Origin: Candidatus Latescibacterota bacterium
GTDB taxonomy: Bacteria > Latescibacterota > UBA2968 > UBA8231
Direction: 5' to 3'
Length of the DNA: 64,000 nt
Assembly: GCA_964291625.2 (NCBI GenBank)
Contig: OZ220090.1
Location: 992,001-1,056,000, forward strand
In this document: positions 1-9,117 of the stretch, piece by piece
Layout: each line of letters opens with the position of its first letter
Position numbering within the stretch: position 1 is the first letter of the stretch
Made by a program: the position numbers and the translations under genes
Notes under the pieces: generated by a model
What the model was told of the DNA's origin: nothing
The model's database searches: none
The model's input: only the letters and a program-made list of their open reading frames with translations

Positions 1-223
1 GCCCTCAGCGGTGGGAGAGCCCTGCCCCGCCGGGAGCGTGCCCGGGCCAGGACCGGCAGGCAACTGGCGCCCTCGGGCCGTCGAGGCCCGCCGGAGACCG
101 CCGCCACGCGCGCCGCCAGGGCCGCCAGGCCGGTGAGGACGCCGCCAATCGGGCGGCGCGGACCGGCGGCGGAGGGTGGCGCGGGGCTCCGGGAGGCGCC
201 GCGGCGGAGGCGGATGCCGTGGA

Positions 224-949
224 TCATGCCTCGCCCGTCTCCCGGCGGTAGAAGGCGTCCCAGTCGCGGGTCGGCTCGAAGCCGAGGATGCGGCGCGCCT
301 TCTCCCACGTGTAGGTCCCGGGACCGCGGTAGGAGAGGACGGGGAAGCACTGGAAGTCGTCGGGGATCGCCTCCGCCTCGAGGGCCAGCTTGCAGATGTG
401 GTGAAGGTCCTCCCAGACCACGGTGAAGGGGGGCGCCGCCCGCGGCCCGTCCGCCGGCTCCGGCGCCGGGCCCAGGCCGTTGAAGACGAAGTAGGCGGTC
501 TGGATGCCGTGGGCCCGGGCGAAGACCCGGCAGATCTCGGCGCTCAGCCACTTGGAGAGCATGTAGCAGCTGCTGCCCGGAGCGGCCGGCGCGTCGTCGA
601 CGGCGAAGTCGTGATCGTAGGCGTAGCGCAACCCCTGGGGCCCGGAGTGGATCACCTTGCCGATGCCCAGCTCGGCGGCGGCCTTCATCACGTGCCAGGC
701 GCCGGCGGTGTTGACGTCGTAGCTGTCCACCGCATGGTCGCGGACGACGGTGAAGTTCATGATCGCCTCCATCCCCCGCGCCGCCCCCAGCACCTGCTCG
801 TAGCAGCGCACGTCGACATGCTCGATGGGGAGGCCCGCCGGGTGAGGCTTCACGTCGGTGAGGCGCAGGTCGTAGTCCTTCTCCAGTCCCGGCGTGAGAT
901 CGGGCCCCACCAGGCCGGAGGCGCCCAGGAAGAGGACCTTCTTCTTCAC
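224..949 (-). CDS. NAD-dependent epimerase/dehydratase (extended SDR)
   Basis: GTG start overlapping upstream stop (GTGA); Rossmann motif LGASGLVG; catalytic YxxxK (YMLSK); C-terminal KARRILGFEP. Confidence 0.85.
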   Translation of the reverse strand: MKKKVLFLGASGLVGPDLTPGLEKDYDLRLTDVKPHPAGLPIEHVDVRCYEQVLGAARGMEAIMNFTVVRDHAVDSYDVNTAGAWHVMKAAAELGIGKVIHSGPQGLRYAYDHDFAVDDAPAAPGSSCYMLSKWLSAEICRVFARAHGIQTAYFVFNGLGPAPEPADGPRAAPPFTVVWEDLHHICKLALEAEAIPDDFQCFPVLSYRGPGTYTWEKARRILGFEPTRDWDAFYRRETGEA

Positions 950-1716
950 GCGGCCCCCCGCGCCGCCCACTGGCGCCGGAAGTTGTGCCGCGGCTCGAAG
1001 CCCATCCCGCGGATGCCGTCGAGGAGGAACTTCGGGTGCGGCGGGAGATGGCATACGTGCCGCACCTGCCAGCGCCCGATCCAGTTGCGGGCTCCGGCGT
1101 TGTCGCCGCCCAGGGCCAGCTCGACGGCGGCCGCCGCATCCCGCGGGTCGAGCCAGCTGAGGTCCGGCTCGCTGCCCGCCGGTACCTCGTCCTCGCGGAC
1201 CAGGCGTCCCAGCCGCAGCACGGTGACGCCGAGAGCGTAGTCCCGGGCGAACTCGCGGGTGACCTGCTCGGCCAGGTGGTGGCCCAGGCGCCGCATGGCG
1301 GTCCCCGGCAGCGGCCGGTGCTGCTCGGAGATGTACACGTCGTCCGGCACCTCGTGGAAGACCTCCAGGGAGCTGCAGTGGACGAGGCGGGACACGCGGG
1401 CCTCGACGGCGGCCTGCAGCAGCACGCTGGTCCCCCGCGCGGCGCGGTCGAGGAGGGCGCGCTCGCCCTCGTAGGAGTCGCCGGGAGGAAGGGCGGGCGG
1501 TCCCGCGGGACCCGTATGGACGATGGCGTCGACGCCGCTCACGGCGGCGCGGGCGCCTTCGGGGTCGTGGATATCCGCGTCGACGACGTCGACGCCGGGG
1601 GCTTCGGGAGTCTCGCCGCCCGGGGGTTTCGAGACCCGGAGCCGGTGTTCCCCGGAGAGCCTCTGGAGGAGGATGCTGCCCATGCGGCTCGTACCCTCGG
1701 ATACAAGAATCCGCAT
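946..1716 (-). CDS. NAD-dependent epimerase family protein with degenerate motifs
   Basis: SDR layout (DADIHD, GVDAIVH, HCSS, TVLRLG) but ILVSEGTSRMG replaces GxxGxxG and there is no YxxxK. Confidence 0.75.
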   Translation of the reverse strand: MRILVSEGTSRMGSILLQRLSGEHRLRVSKPPGGETPEAPGVDVVDADIHDPEGARAAVSGVDAIVHTGPAGPPALPPGDSYEGERALLDRAARGTSVLLQAAVEARVSRLVHCSSLEVFHEVPDDVYISEQHRPLPGTAMRRLGHHLAEQVTREFARDYALGVTVLRLGRLVREDEVPAGSEPDLSWLDPRDAAAAVELALGGDNAGARNWIGRWQVRHVCHLPPHPKFLLDGIRGMGFEPRHNFRRQWAARGAA

Positions 1717-1844
1717 GTCGGGGACGACTCCTGGGGGGCCCGCCGAGAGACGGCGCAGGGGCCTGCGGGCGAGTGGAGGGAAGGGCTGCCGGCAGAATGA
1801 GTTACCGCTTGCAGCGGCAACCTACCGACGCCCCGGAGGGGCTG

Positions 1845-2848
1845 TCAAGTTGATGTCACGAGCGCTCGCAGCCGGTCCAGGTGCCGGGGGAGATCGCGCA
1901 CGTGGTCCAGCAGGATCGGCAGCCAGCTCGCGTGCCTCGCCTTGAGCTCGGCGGAGACCAACGGGTCGCGCTCGGTGTCGATCCAGTCGTCGCTGGTGGC
2001 CCACTGCAAGGTCTGCACGACGCGGTGGATGCTGGTGTTGGGCTCGACCGGTGCCGAGCCGTAGCCGTCGAAGAACGCCGGGCGGAGTCCGGCCCGGTTG
2101 AAGAGCGACGCGTGCTTGTCCAGCAGCGCGATCTCCTTGGCCGGGTCGCTCACGCGCGGCGAGTCCCAGTCGATGGGCGTGGCCCGGTCGTGCGCGACGA
2201 GGACGTTCCACATGTGGTTGTCCCCGTGTCCGAGCGTGGAGGGCGCCGACCGCAGCGCCGGCGCTGCCGCCCGGACCACCTCGTGCAACTTGGGCAGGTA
2301 CGCCTCGTGGCCCGGCAGCAGGCGACGCAGCCCCGGCTCCGCCTCGTCGATCAGCGCGTGCAGTTCCTCGGCCGGGTCGTACGGGGTGAGGACGAACCGC
2401 TCCGGCCCCAGCTTCTCCTCGGCGAGGCCGGACGGGAAGCGGACGGCGTGGACGCGGCGAAACGCCTCGCCCACCAGGCGCCAGACCCGGCCGGTGTCGA
2501 GCCCGGTCTCGATCAGGTCGCCGAGGGTCTCGCCCTCGACGAACTCCTCCAGCGAGGCGCGCTCGGTGGCGGCCAGCAGCGCCGGCGCCGGAACGCCGTG
2601 GGAAGCGAAAACCTCGAGCGCGCGAAGGCGGGAGGGCGGGGCTTGCGCAGCTCCCGGAGCACGACCCGCCGCCCGCCGGCCAGGGTCACCTTGCTGATCC
2701 GGTTGACGAATCCCCGCCCGGTCAGCGGTGTCACCGACACGGCCGCCGGCAACCCGGCCTGCCGGAGCAGCTCTGTCAGCAGGGCCTCGGACGGAGTCGC
2801 GCTCGCACCGTCAGCCTGGTGTCCCGTCGCGGGAGAGGCGCTATCCAC
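1845..2848 (-). pseudogene. Aminoglycoside phosphotransferase (APH/kinase-like) family protein, frameshifted near 2608-2611
   Basis: ORF 2513..2848 supplies the N-lobe (GRGFVNRISKV..VVLR); the other frame continues ASHGVPAPALLA..EEFVEG into ORF 1845..2474 with HGDNHMWN and IDW motifs; one added base restores a single ORF. Confidence 0.75.
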
Positions 2849-4037
2849 CGGAGCCGTGGGCGGCGTCCTGTCCGCAGAAGTTCAGGGCCGTGGCCGCGTA
2901 GACCCGCGCCACCCGCACCAGCTCGGCCACGGGGACCCGCTCCTCGGTGGTGTGGGCGCCGGTCGCCGCCGGACCGTGGGTGACGGCGGGGATCCCGGCC
3001 TGGGCGCAGAAGCGGTTGCCGTCGTCGAGGAAGGGCTTGTCCGCCCAGGGCAGGGCGGCGCCGTCGTTGGCCTCCACCGCCGCCTGGAAGGCCTCCACGA
3101 GCGGGTCCTCCCGGCGCAGCTCGAAGGCCTCCCCCACGACCTGGAACTCCACGGCGGCCTCGGCGCCGAAGCGGGAGGCCACGGACTCGGCGAGGGCCGT
3201 CAGCTCCCCGCGGGCCTCCTCCCCCCGGCCCTGGGAAACCCACCGGCGCGTGCCCCGCAGCCGGCAGGCGACCGGCGCCTGGTTGAAGATCTCCCCCGAC
3301 TCGAGCTGACCGACGAAGACGGAGTCGCGGCCGCTGACCTCGTGGCGGATGCGGCCCAGGCGGGCGTCGAGGTCCTTCAGCTCCCCCACCAGCGCGGCCC
3401 CGGCGGCGACCACGTCCGGCGTCTCCGGGGGCCGCAGGACCTCGTGCACCGCCTCGCCCGGACGGGTCAGGCGGATGTCGAAGACGCCCATGCCGCGGCC
3501 GGCCCCCGGCAGCCGGTCGGCCAGGTACTCGGGCAGGAGCACGCCGTCGCCGACGTATCCCTCGCGGATCAGGGCCCGCAACTGGCGGCCGTCCCCCCAG
3601 GGCGCCTCGTGGTGGTCGTGGGCGGTGAGCAGGATCCCGCCGGCCCGCGGCAGGCCGGAGTCGCGCAGGGCCCGCATCGCCTCCACGGCGGCGGCGATAC
3701 CCCCCTTCATGTCCGACGACCCGGAGCCGGTGAGCACGCCATCGCGGACGGCCGGGGGCTCGAAGGGCAGGTGCACCGTGTCCAGGTGGCCGTTGAACTG
3801 CAGCCAGCGCCCCGGGGCGCCGCTGTCGAGACGGGCGACCACCGCCGGCGATTCCGGCCAGTCGGCGTCCGGCCGCTCCACCTGGAAGCCGTCCGCCCGC
3901 AACCGCCGATCCAGCCGGTCCGCCGCTTCCCCGGCGGATCGGGTCGGGCTCGGTGCGGCGACGAGATCCACTGCGGTTTCCATCAGGCGGGCCTCGTCGA
4001 CGGCCGCGGCTGCGGCCTGGCGGGCTGCGTCTGTCAT
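2841..4037 (-). CDS. M20 family metallo-amidohydrolase (ArgE/DapE-like)
   Basis: NGHLDTV, GSSDMKGG, HHE in place of the usual DEE, AHTTEERV. Confidence 0.85.
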   Translation of the reverse strand: MTDAARQAAAAAVDEARLMETAVDLVAAPSPTRSAGEAADRLDRRLRADGFQVERPDADWPESPAVVARLDSGAPGRWLQFNGHLDTVHLPFEPPAVRDGVLTGSGSSDMKGGIAAAVEAMRALRDSGLPRAGGILLTAHDHHEAPWGDGRQLRALIREGYVGDGVLLPEYLADRLPGAGRGMGVFDIRLTRPGEAVHEVLRPPETPDVVAAGAALVGELKDLDARLGRIRHEVSGRDSVFVGQLESGEIFNQAPVACRLRGTRRWVSQGRGEEARGELTALAESVASRFGAEAAVEFQVVGEAFELRREDPLVEAFQAAVEANDGAALPWADKPFLDDGNRFCAQAGIPAVTHGPAATGAHTTEERVPVAELVRVARVYAATALNFCGQDAAHGSGG

Positions 4038-4105
4038 GTCGTACTCCTGTCCACGGGTCCCTCCCCTTTCACCATCGCGGGAAGTTTGGTAGTCTAAGCC
4101 GCCCC

Positions 4106-5698
4106 ATGCGCCCGACACCACCACCCTACGGCATCATCTACAACTGGGACGGGGCCCCTCACGGGTACGACGAGGTGCCCCAGTCGATGGCGTCCTTCCT
4201 GGAGCGCGCGTACGCGCCCCTGGAAGAGACCCAGGTGGGCGCCCTGTTCTGGTGCGTCGGCGAGCACGCCGCGCGCTGGCCCTCCGAGACGCTGGAGCAG
4301 CTGGGCGACATCCACCGCCGGCGTTACGAAGGGGCCTATTCCCTGACCCACACCGAGAACATCCGCCTCATGCTCGAGCGCGGCGAGGACCCGCAGGCGG
4401 CCCTCATCGAGCGGGGCCGGAGCCTGGGCCTGCAGGTCTACGCCTCGGTGCGCATGAACGACAACCACTTCAACGGCGCCCAGATCGCCGACCTGCCCAC
4501 CCTGCACCACACCGAGCTGACCGAGCTGCGGCGCCGGCACCCGGAGTGGCTCCTCGGCTCGCGCACCTCCGAGTGGTTCGCCCTCTCCTGGGACATGTCG
4601 GTCCCCGAGGTCCGCCGCCACCGCCTCGACCACATCCGCGAGGTCTGCGAGCGCTACGACTGGGACGGCGTCGAGCTCGACTGGCAGCGCCACGCCTTCC
4701 ACCTGCCCGTGGACGACGCCTTCCGCCTGCGCTACGTCATCACCGACCTGCAGAGGGCCGCGCGCCGCTGCGCCGACGAGATCGGCCGCCAGCGCGGCAG
4801 GCCCCTCTTCGTCGCCGCCCGGGTGGCCGGCAACCTCCACGTCTGCGAGCAGATCGGCTACGACCTGCCCGCCTGGCTGGAGGAGGGCCTGGTGGACATC
4901 GTGATCCCCGCCGGCAACGGCGGCACCGACGACGACGTGGACGTGGCCGGCTTCACCGACCTCTGCCGGCCCCACGGCGTGGCGGTGTACCCCGGCTTCG
5001 ACGGCGGCCTCCCCGGCCCCTGGGTGGGGCCCGAGCCGGAGGCGGAGAAGGACCGCTTGCGCACCCGCGCCATCGCCGCCCGCCACTGGCACCACGGCGC
5101 CGACGGGATCTACGCCTTCAACTGGCACGCGGGCCGGGACAACCGCCGGGAGCTGCTCAACCAGGTCGGCAGCCCGGAAAGCCTGGCCGCCACCGACAAG
5201 GTCCACGCCGCCACCCACCGGGTCCTGCGGCACGAGGGGGAGTGGCGCGGCGCCTACGACAATGACCGCGTGCGGGGCACGGTCCCGGTGGCCCTCAAGG
5301 AGACGATCACCGGCGGCGGACCGGTGATCCACCTCGACGTGGCCGACGACTTCGAGACCCACCCGCCCCGCGCCCTGGAGCTGCGCCTCCACCTGAACGA
5401 CTGGGTCCGGGGGGACGAGGTGGCCGTGCGCTGGGACGGTGGCGAACTGGCGGAACCCACGGTGACCTACGACACCACCGGCGACCGCCACGGGCTTTCG
5501 GGGGTGCACGCCGCCGCGTGGGTGCGCTTCGCCCTGAGTGCAGGACAGGTGAAGGGCCGGAGGCACCGGGTCGAGGTCATCCTGCGGCAGCGGCACCCGC
5601 AGCTTGCCAGCGATCTCGTGCTGACCGATGTGGAGCTGGTGGTGGCCTACTCGGAAGCCCTGGCCGGCACGCTGCTCGGAGCCGCCGAATCCCCCTGA
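4106..5698 (+). CDS. GHL10/DUF187-like TIM-barrel putative glycoside hydrolase
   Basis: IYNWDG, ASVRMNDNH, YDWDGVELDW, ADGIYAFN, C-terminal beta-sandwich-like region; no signal peptide. Confidence 0.7.
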   Translation: MRPTPPPYGIIYNWDGAPHGYDEVPQSMASFLERAYAPLEETQVGALFWCVGEHAARWPSETLEQLGDIHRRRYEGAYSLTHTENIRLMLERGEDPQAALIERGRSLGLQVYASVRMNDNHFNGAQIADLPTLHHTELTELRRRHPEWLLGSRTSEWFALSWDMSVPEVRRHRLDHIREVCERYDWDGVELDWQRHAFHLPVDDAFRLRYVITDLQRAARRCADEIGRQRGRPLFVAARVAGNLHVCEQIGYDLPAWLEEGLVDIVIPAGNGGTDDDVDVAGFTDLCRPHGVAVYPGFDGGLPGPWVGPEPEAEKDRLRTRAIAARHWHHGADGIYAFNWHAGRDNRRELLNQVGSPESLAATDKVHAATHRVLRHEGEWRGAYDNDRVRGTVPVALKETITGGGPVIHLDVADDFETHPPRALELRLHLNDWVRGDEVAVRWDGGELAEPTVTYDTTGDRHGLSGVHAAAWVRFALSAGQVKGRRHRVEVILRQRHPQLASDLVLTDVELVVAYSEALAGTLLGAAESP

Positions 5699-5749
5699 CC
5701 TCCCGCCTGGCGCCTCGACGCGCCTGACACCCGTGCGGCCTCCCCTCCC

Positions 5750-6853
5750 TTGAAGATCACCGCCCTCGAGCTGACGCCGGTGCGCACCCACCGCGAGATG
5801 GGACGCCGGGCCCCGAGCGATCCCGAGCCGGCCGAGTCCCGTCACCTGGTCGTGCAGCTCCACACCGACGCCGGCGTGACCGGCCTCGGGGAGATGTCGG
5901 ACGTCCCCTGGGATCTGGACGCCGGGTCCGCCGCCCGCCTGCAGGCCGCCCTCGAGCCGCTGCTGCTCGGCGCCGACGCCCGCCAGCGGGGCCCGCTGCT
6001 GGAAGGGCTGTCGCGCCGGCCCTGGGAGCACCAGGTCCTGTGCGGCATCGACATGGCCGTGCACGACGCGGTGGCGCGCCGGCTCGGCGTGTCCCTGGCC
6101 GCCCTCCTCGGAGGCGCTTTCCGCGACCGCGTCCCCTTCGCCTATCCCCTCTCCTGTTGCCGCGACGAGGCCGACGTGGCGGCCAACCTCGACCGCATCG
6201 AGCGCCGCCTCGGCGAGGGGCACGGCGCCTTCCGCTACTACTTCGGGATGGACCTGGACCGCGACGAGAGCCTCCTCGACCGGGCCCGCTCCCGCTGGGC
6301 CGACGGCATGAGGCTGACCGCCCTCGACGCCAGCGGCCGCTTCACCCCGGCGGATGCCATCGCGGCGCTGAAACGGCTGGCGCCCTTCGGCCCGGACGTC
6401 TTCGAGTCCCCGGTGCAGGGCCGGCACCGGGCGCCGGCGGAGGACTTCCTCGCCGTGAAGGCCGAGATCGACGTGCCGATCTCCGAGCACACGGCCGACG
6501 AAGCGACGGCCCTGCGGCTGGCCCGGTCCGGCGCCGTGGACGTCTTCAACACCGGCCTCGGGTACGCCGGCATCGAGCCCTGCCGCCGCACCTTCGCCAT
6601 GGCCCGCCAGTTCGGTCTGCGGACGCTGATGGGCAGCACCGTGGAGATGTCGATCGGCACCGCTGCCAGAGTCCACGTGGCGGCCGCCACGGCGAACCTC
6701 GATCACGGCTGCTACATGGCGGGACCCCTCGTGTACCACGAGGACGTCACCGTCGAGCCGGTCCGGTATGTAGAGGGCCAGGTGCTGCTGCCCGACGGCC
6801 CGGGGCTGGGCGTCGAGCTGGACCCGGAGAAGCTGCGGGCCCTGCGGATCTGA
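5750..6853 (+). CDS. Mandelate racemase/muconate lactonizing enzyme family (enolase superfamily)
   Basis: TDAGVTGLGE, GIDMAVHD, LDAS / FESP / ISEH metal-ligand strands, PDGPGLGVELD. Confidence 0.88.
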   Translation: MKITALELTPVRTHREMGRRAPSDPEPAESRHLVVQLHTDAGVTGLGEMSDVPWDLDAGSAARLQAALEPLLLGADARQRGPLLEGLSRRPWEHQVLCGIDMAVHDAVARRLGVSLAALLGGAFRDRVPFAYPLSCCRDEADVAANLDRIERRLGEGHGAFRYYFGMDLDRDESLLDRARSRWADGMRLTALDASGRFTPADAIAALKRLAPFGPDVFESPVQGRHRAPAEDFLAVKAEIDVPISEHTADEATALRLARSGAVDVFNTGLGYAGIEPCRRTFAMARQFGLRTLMGSTVEMSIGTAARVHVAAATANLDHGCYMAGPLVYHEDVTVEPVRYVEGQVLLPDGPGLGVELDPEKLRALRI

Positions 6854-6940
6854 GCGGAGCCGGGATCAGGCGCGGAGCGGTCTGCGTGGCTGGCCCGCAA
6901 GGATGCTTCGTCCGCACTCACTCCTGCGCGCTGATACCCC

Positions 6941-8284
6941 CTATCGCTCCCTGAGCTGGTCCAGCAGCCGACCCAGTTGTCCCACCAGGTAGAGCGGCAG
7001 CGAGAGCAGGGTCATTTCCACGCTCTGCCTCGTTCCGCTCACTTGGTGCCGGATGGATTGGACGGTGGGCGGATTGAGGTCGAAGCGCACGGCGAGGCGC
7101 GCCCCTCTGGCCAGGGCGAACTGGTGCAACGAGCGCAGGGTGCCGCTGGTGCCGGCTTTGACCTCGACCGGCACGATCCAGGCCCCCCGGGCAATCACGT
7201 AGTCAACTTCGGCGTTGGCGCTCTTCCCTTCCCGCAGCCAGTAGTTCAGCCGGGGCGTTTCACTACCCTCTTCCAGGTAGAGCAGGTGTTGCCCGACGAA
7301 CTGTTCGGCCAGGGCTCCTTCATTGACCAGTTGGCGGTCGTCCAACTCCTTCAGAGCCAGCCAGTCCAGGCCGCACAGACGGTTCATCAGGCCGATGTCC
7401 AGGAAGAGGAGCTTGTAGGTCCTCCAGTCGACATCGGCGTGGAGGGGCACCCCGGCACAGGTACTGTGGAACACGGGTGCAATGACCCGGGCCTTGGACA
7501 GCAAGTCGATGGCGGCCCTCAACTCGCGGGCGGTCTCCTCGCGGTTGATCTGGGTGTACTTGACTTTTCGTCCCACGGCGCGGGGAACGTAGTTGAAGAC
7601 TCGCTGCAGGCGCAGCCGGACTCGGGCCGAGGCATACTCGGCAAAATCGTCCTGGTAGGTATCGACGATGGACCGATGCACCGGCGTTACGTCGGCGAAG
7701 TGGCCGCTGGAGCTATAGGCGGCTACGGCTTCGGGCATGCCACCCACCAGCAGGTATTCCCGCTGATACGCCGACAAGCGGGTGTGGACGGTATTGGGCA
7801 GGGAATCTTCGAGGCTGTAATCCTGCAAATGGGCCAGGAGGGGAGGGTCCAGTTCGGCGAGAAATTCCTCAAAGCTCATCGGGCCCAGATGGAAGTACTG
7901 TATGCGCCCTACCGGTTCGAGCAGGGAGCCCGCGGCGATGACCGGCAGCTCGGGGTGGTCTTCGAAGAAGTAGCGCAGCGCGGGCAGGGCATGGGGGGTC
8001 GCCTGGATCTCGTCGAGGAAGAGGATGCTGCCCGGTGCCAACAGCGGTCGATCCAGGAGCCCTTGGAGTTCCCGGCGGATGTGCGTCAGGTCCAGGGTCT
8101 GGAACACGGGGTCGAGGTCCGGGTGGCGCTCGAGGTTGATCTCGTTGAGGTGCAGGTGGTGGGACCGGGCAAATTGCCGCACCAAGGTGGATTTTCCCAC
8201 TTGGCGGGCACCGCGGATGACCAGCGGCTTTCGCTGTGGGGCGGCCAACCATTGGGCCAGAGCGCGTTCGGCCGATCTATACAT
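6941..8284 (-). CDS. AAA_14 ATPase with DUF4143 domain
   Basis: Walker A GARQVGKS, Walker B LFLDEIQ, GGMPE, KLLFLDIGL, EVDY..PVEVK; lower GC than flanks. Confidence 0.9.
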   Translation of the reverse strand: MYRSAERALAQWLAAPQRKPLVIRGARQVGKSTLVRQFARSHHLHLNEINLERHPDLDPVFQTLDLTHIRRELQGLLDRPLLAPGSILFLDEIQATPHALPALRYFFEDHPELPVIAAGSLLEPVGRIQYFHLGPMSFEEFLAELDPPLLAHLQDYSLEDSLPNTVHTRLSAYQREYLLVGGMPEAVAAYSSSGHFADVTPVHRSIVDTYQDDFAEYASARVRLRLQRVFNYVPRAVGRKVKYTQINREETARELRAAIDLLSKARVIAPVFHSTCAGVPLHADVDWRTYKLLFLDIGLMNRLCGLDWLALKELDDRQLVNEGALAEQFVGQHLLYLEEGSETPRLNYWLREGKSANAEVDYVIARGAWIVPVEVKAGTSGTLRSLHQFALARGARLAVRFDLNPPTVQSIRHQVSGTRQSVEMTLLSLPLYLVGQLGRLLDQLRER

Positions 8285-8294
8285 GATGAATATT

Positions 8295-8339
8295 AATGCC
8301 CCCTCTTTCGGACATATAGAGTACGAAAAAGGGGGCATT
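8295..8339. promoter_or_regulatory. 16-bp inverted repeat (operator or SD-occluding hairpin) upstream of the DUF4143 ATPase
   Basis: aatgccccctctttcg (8295-8310), 13-nt spacer, cgaaaaagggggcatt (8324-8339), one mismatch; ends about 10 nt before the ATG. Confidence 0.6.
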
Positions 8340-8403
8340 TCTGCATGGCGGACGCCTCCCGCAAGGCGCATCGTCCGCGCTCTGGTCGACTGACCGCCCG
8401 CCC

Positions 8404-9117
8404 CTACCCCAGTACCTCCACCGTCGCCGCCAGCAGCACCTCCCCCTTCATCAGCTGGCACTTCGCCTCGCCGATCGTCCCGTCGACGATCTGCCCGCGC
8501 CCGCGCAGCAACTCCTCCATGCGGTCGAAGGCGGGGGTGTGGCCCATCATCTCCGTCAGGGCGACCTCCTGCTCGCCGTGCTCGGGATGGTTCAGGATCA
8601 CCACCCCGGGGTTCTCCGGCGAGAACCTCCCGTGGCGGTCGGCGCCGGCGTAGTCCTCGCCGATGTGGATCGACGAGTTCGAGGACTGACTCACGCCGAG
8701 GAGGAAGATGTAGCCCCCCTTCTTGATGAGGCGGTCCAGGGCGCAGTCCCTGCCGAGGGCGCCGCGGTTCAGGTCGTCCTCGACCAGGCTTGCCGCGTCG
8801 GGGCCGATGGCGGTCACCGCGTGGGTCGGGTGGAGGCTCCGCACCGCCCCCGGGAACCGCCGGGCCGCTTCGGTGACGGCCCCGTTCAGAGAGGGCGACT
8901 CCAGGGGATCGAAGTACTCGCAGCTGCTGTGGGTGAAGGTCGGCACCATCAGGGTGCCCTGAGGCCCGAGGACGTCCAGGAAGGCCTCCACCACCGTATC
9001 CGCTCCGCCCTCGACGTGCCCCATGCTCGACAGGGAGCTGTGGACCATCACCCGGTCGCCGGACTTCAGGCCCATGGTCCCCAGGCTGCTTGCGATGTCG
9101 GCCCGCGTGACGTTCAT
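8404..9117 (-). CDS. AAC(3)/YokD family N-acetyltransferase
   Basis: VMVHSSLSSMG, GTLMVPTFT, RSLHPTH, NSSIHIGE. Confidence 0.88.
   Translation of the reverse strand: MNVTRADIASSLGTMGLKSGDRVMVHSSLSSMGHVEGGADTVVEAFLDVLGPQGTLMVPTFTHSSCEYFDPLESPSLNGAVTEAARRFPGAVRSLHPTHAVTAIGPDAASLVEDDLNRGALGRDCALDRLIKKGGYIFLLGVSQSSNSSIHIGEDYAGADRHGRFSPENPGVVILNHPEHGEQEVALTEMMGHTPAFDRMEELLRGRGQIVDGTIGEAKCQLMKGEVLLAATVEVLG

Noticed and set aside
1-227. Open minus-strand frame starting at an ATGA overlap (227) and running off the window start
   Set aside because: Translation is Arg/Pro/Ala-rich with no recognisable motif; cannot be told from a GC-rich spurious frame
1801-1821. Short inverted repeat gttaccgct-tgc-agcggcaac
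   Set aside because: Only 9-bp arms with a mismatch; could be an operator or terminator but support is insufficient
6854-6940. Imperfect inverted repeat between the enolase-family gene and the ATPase
   Set aside because: Too degenerate to call a terminator or element end
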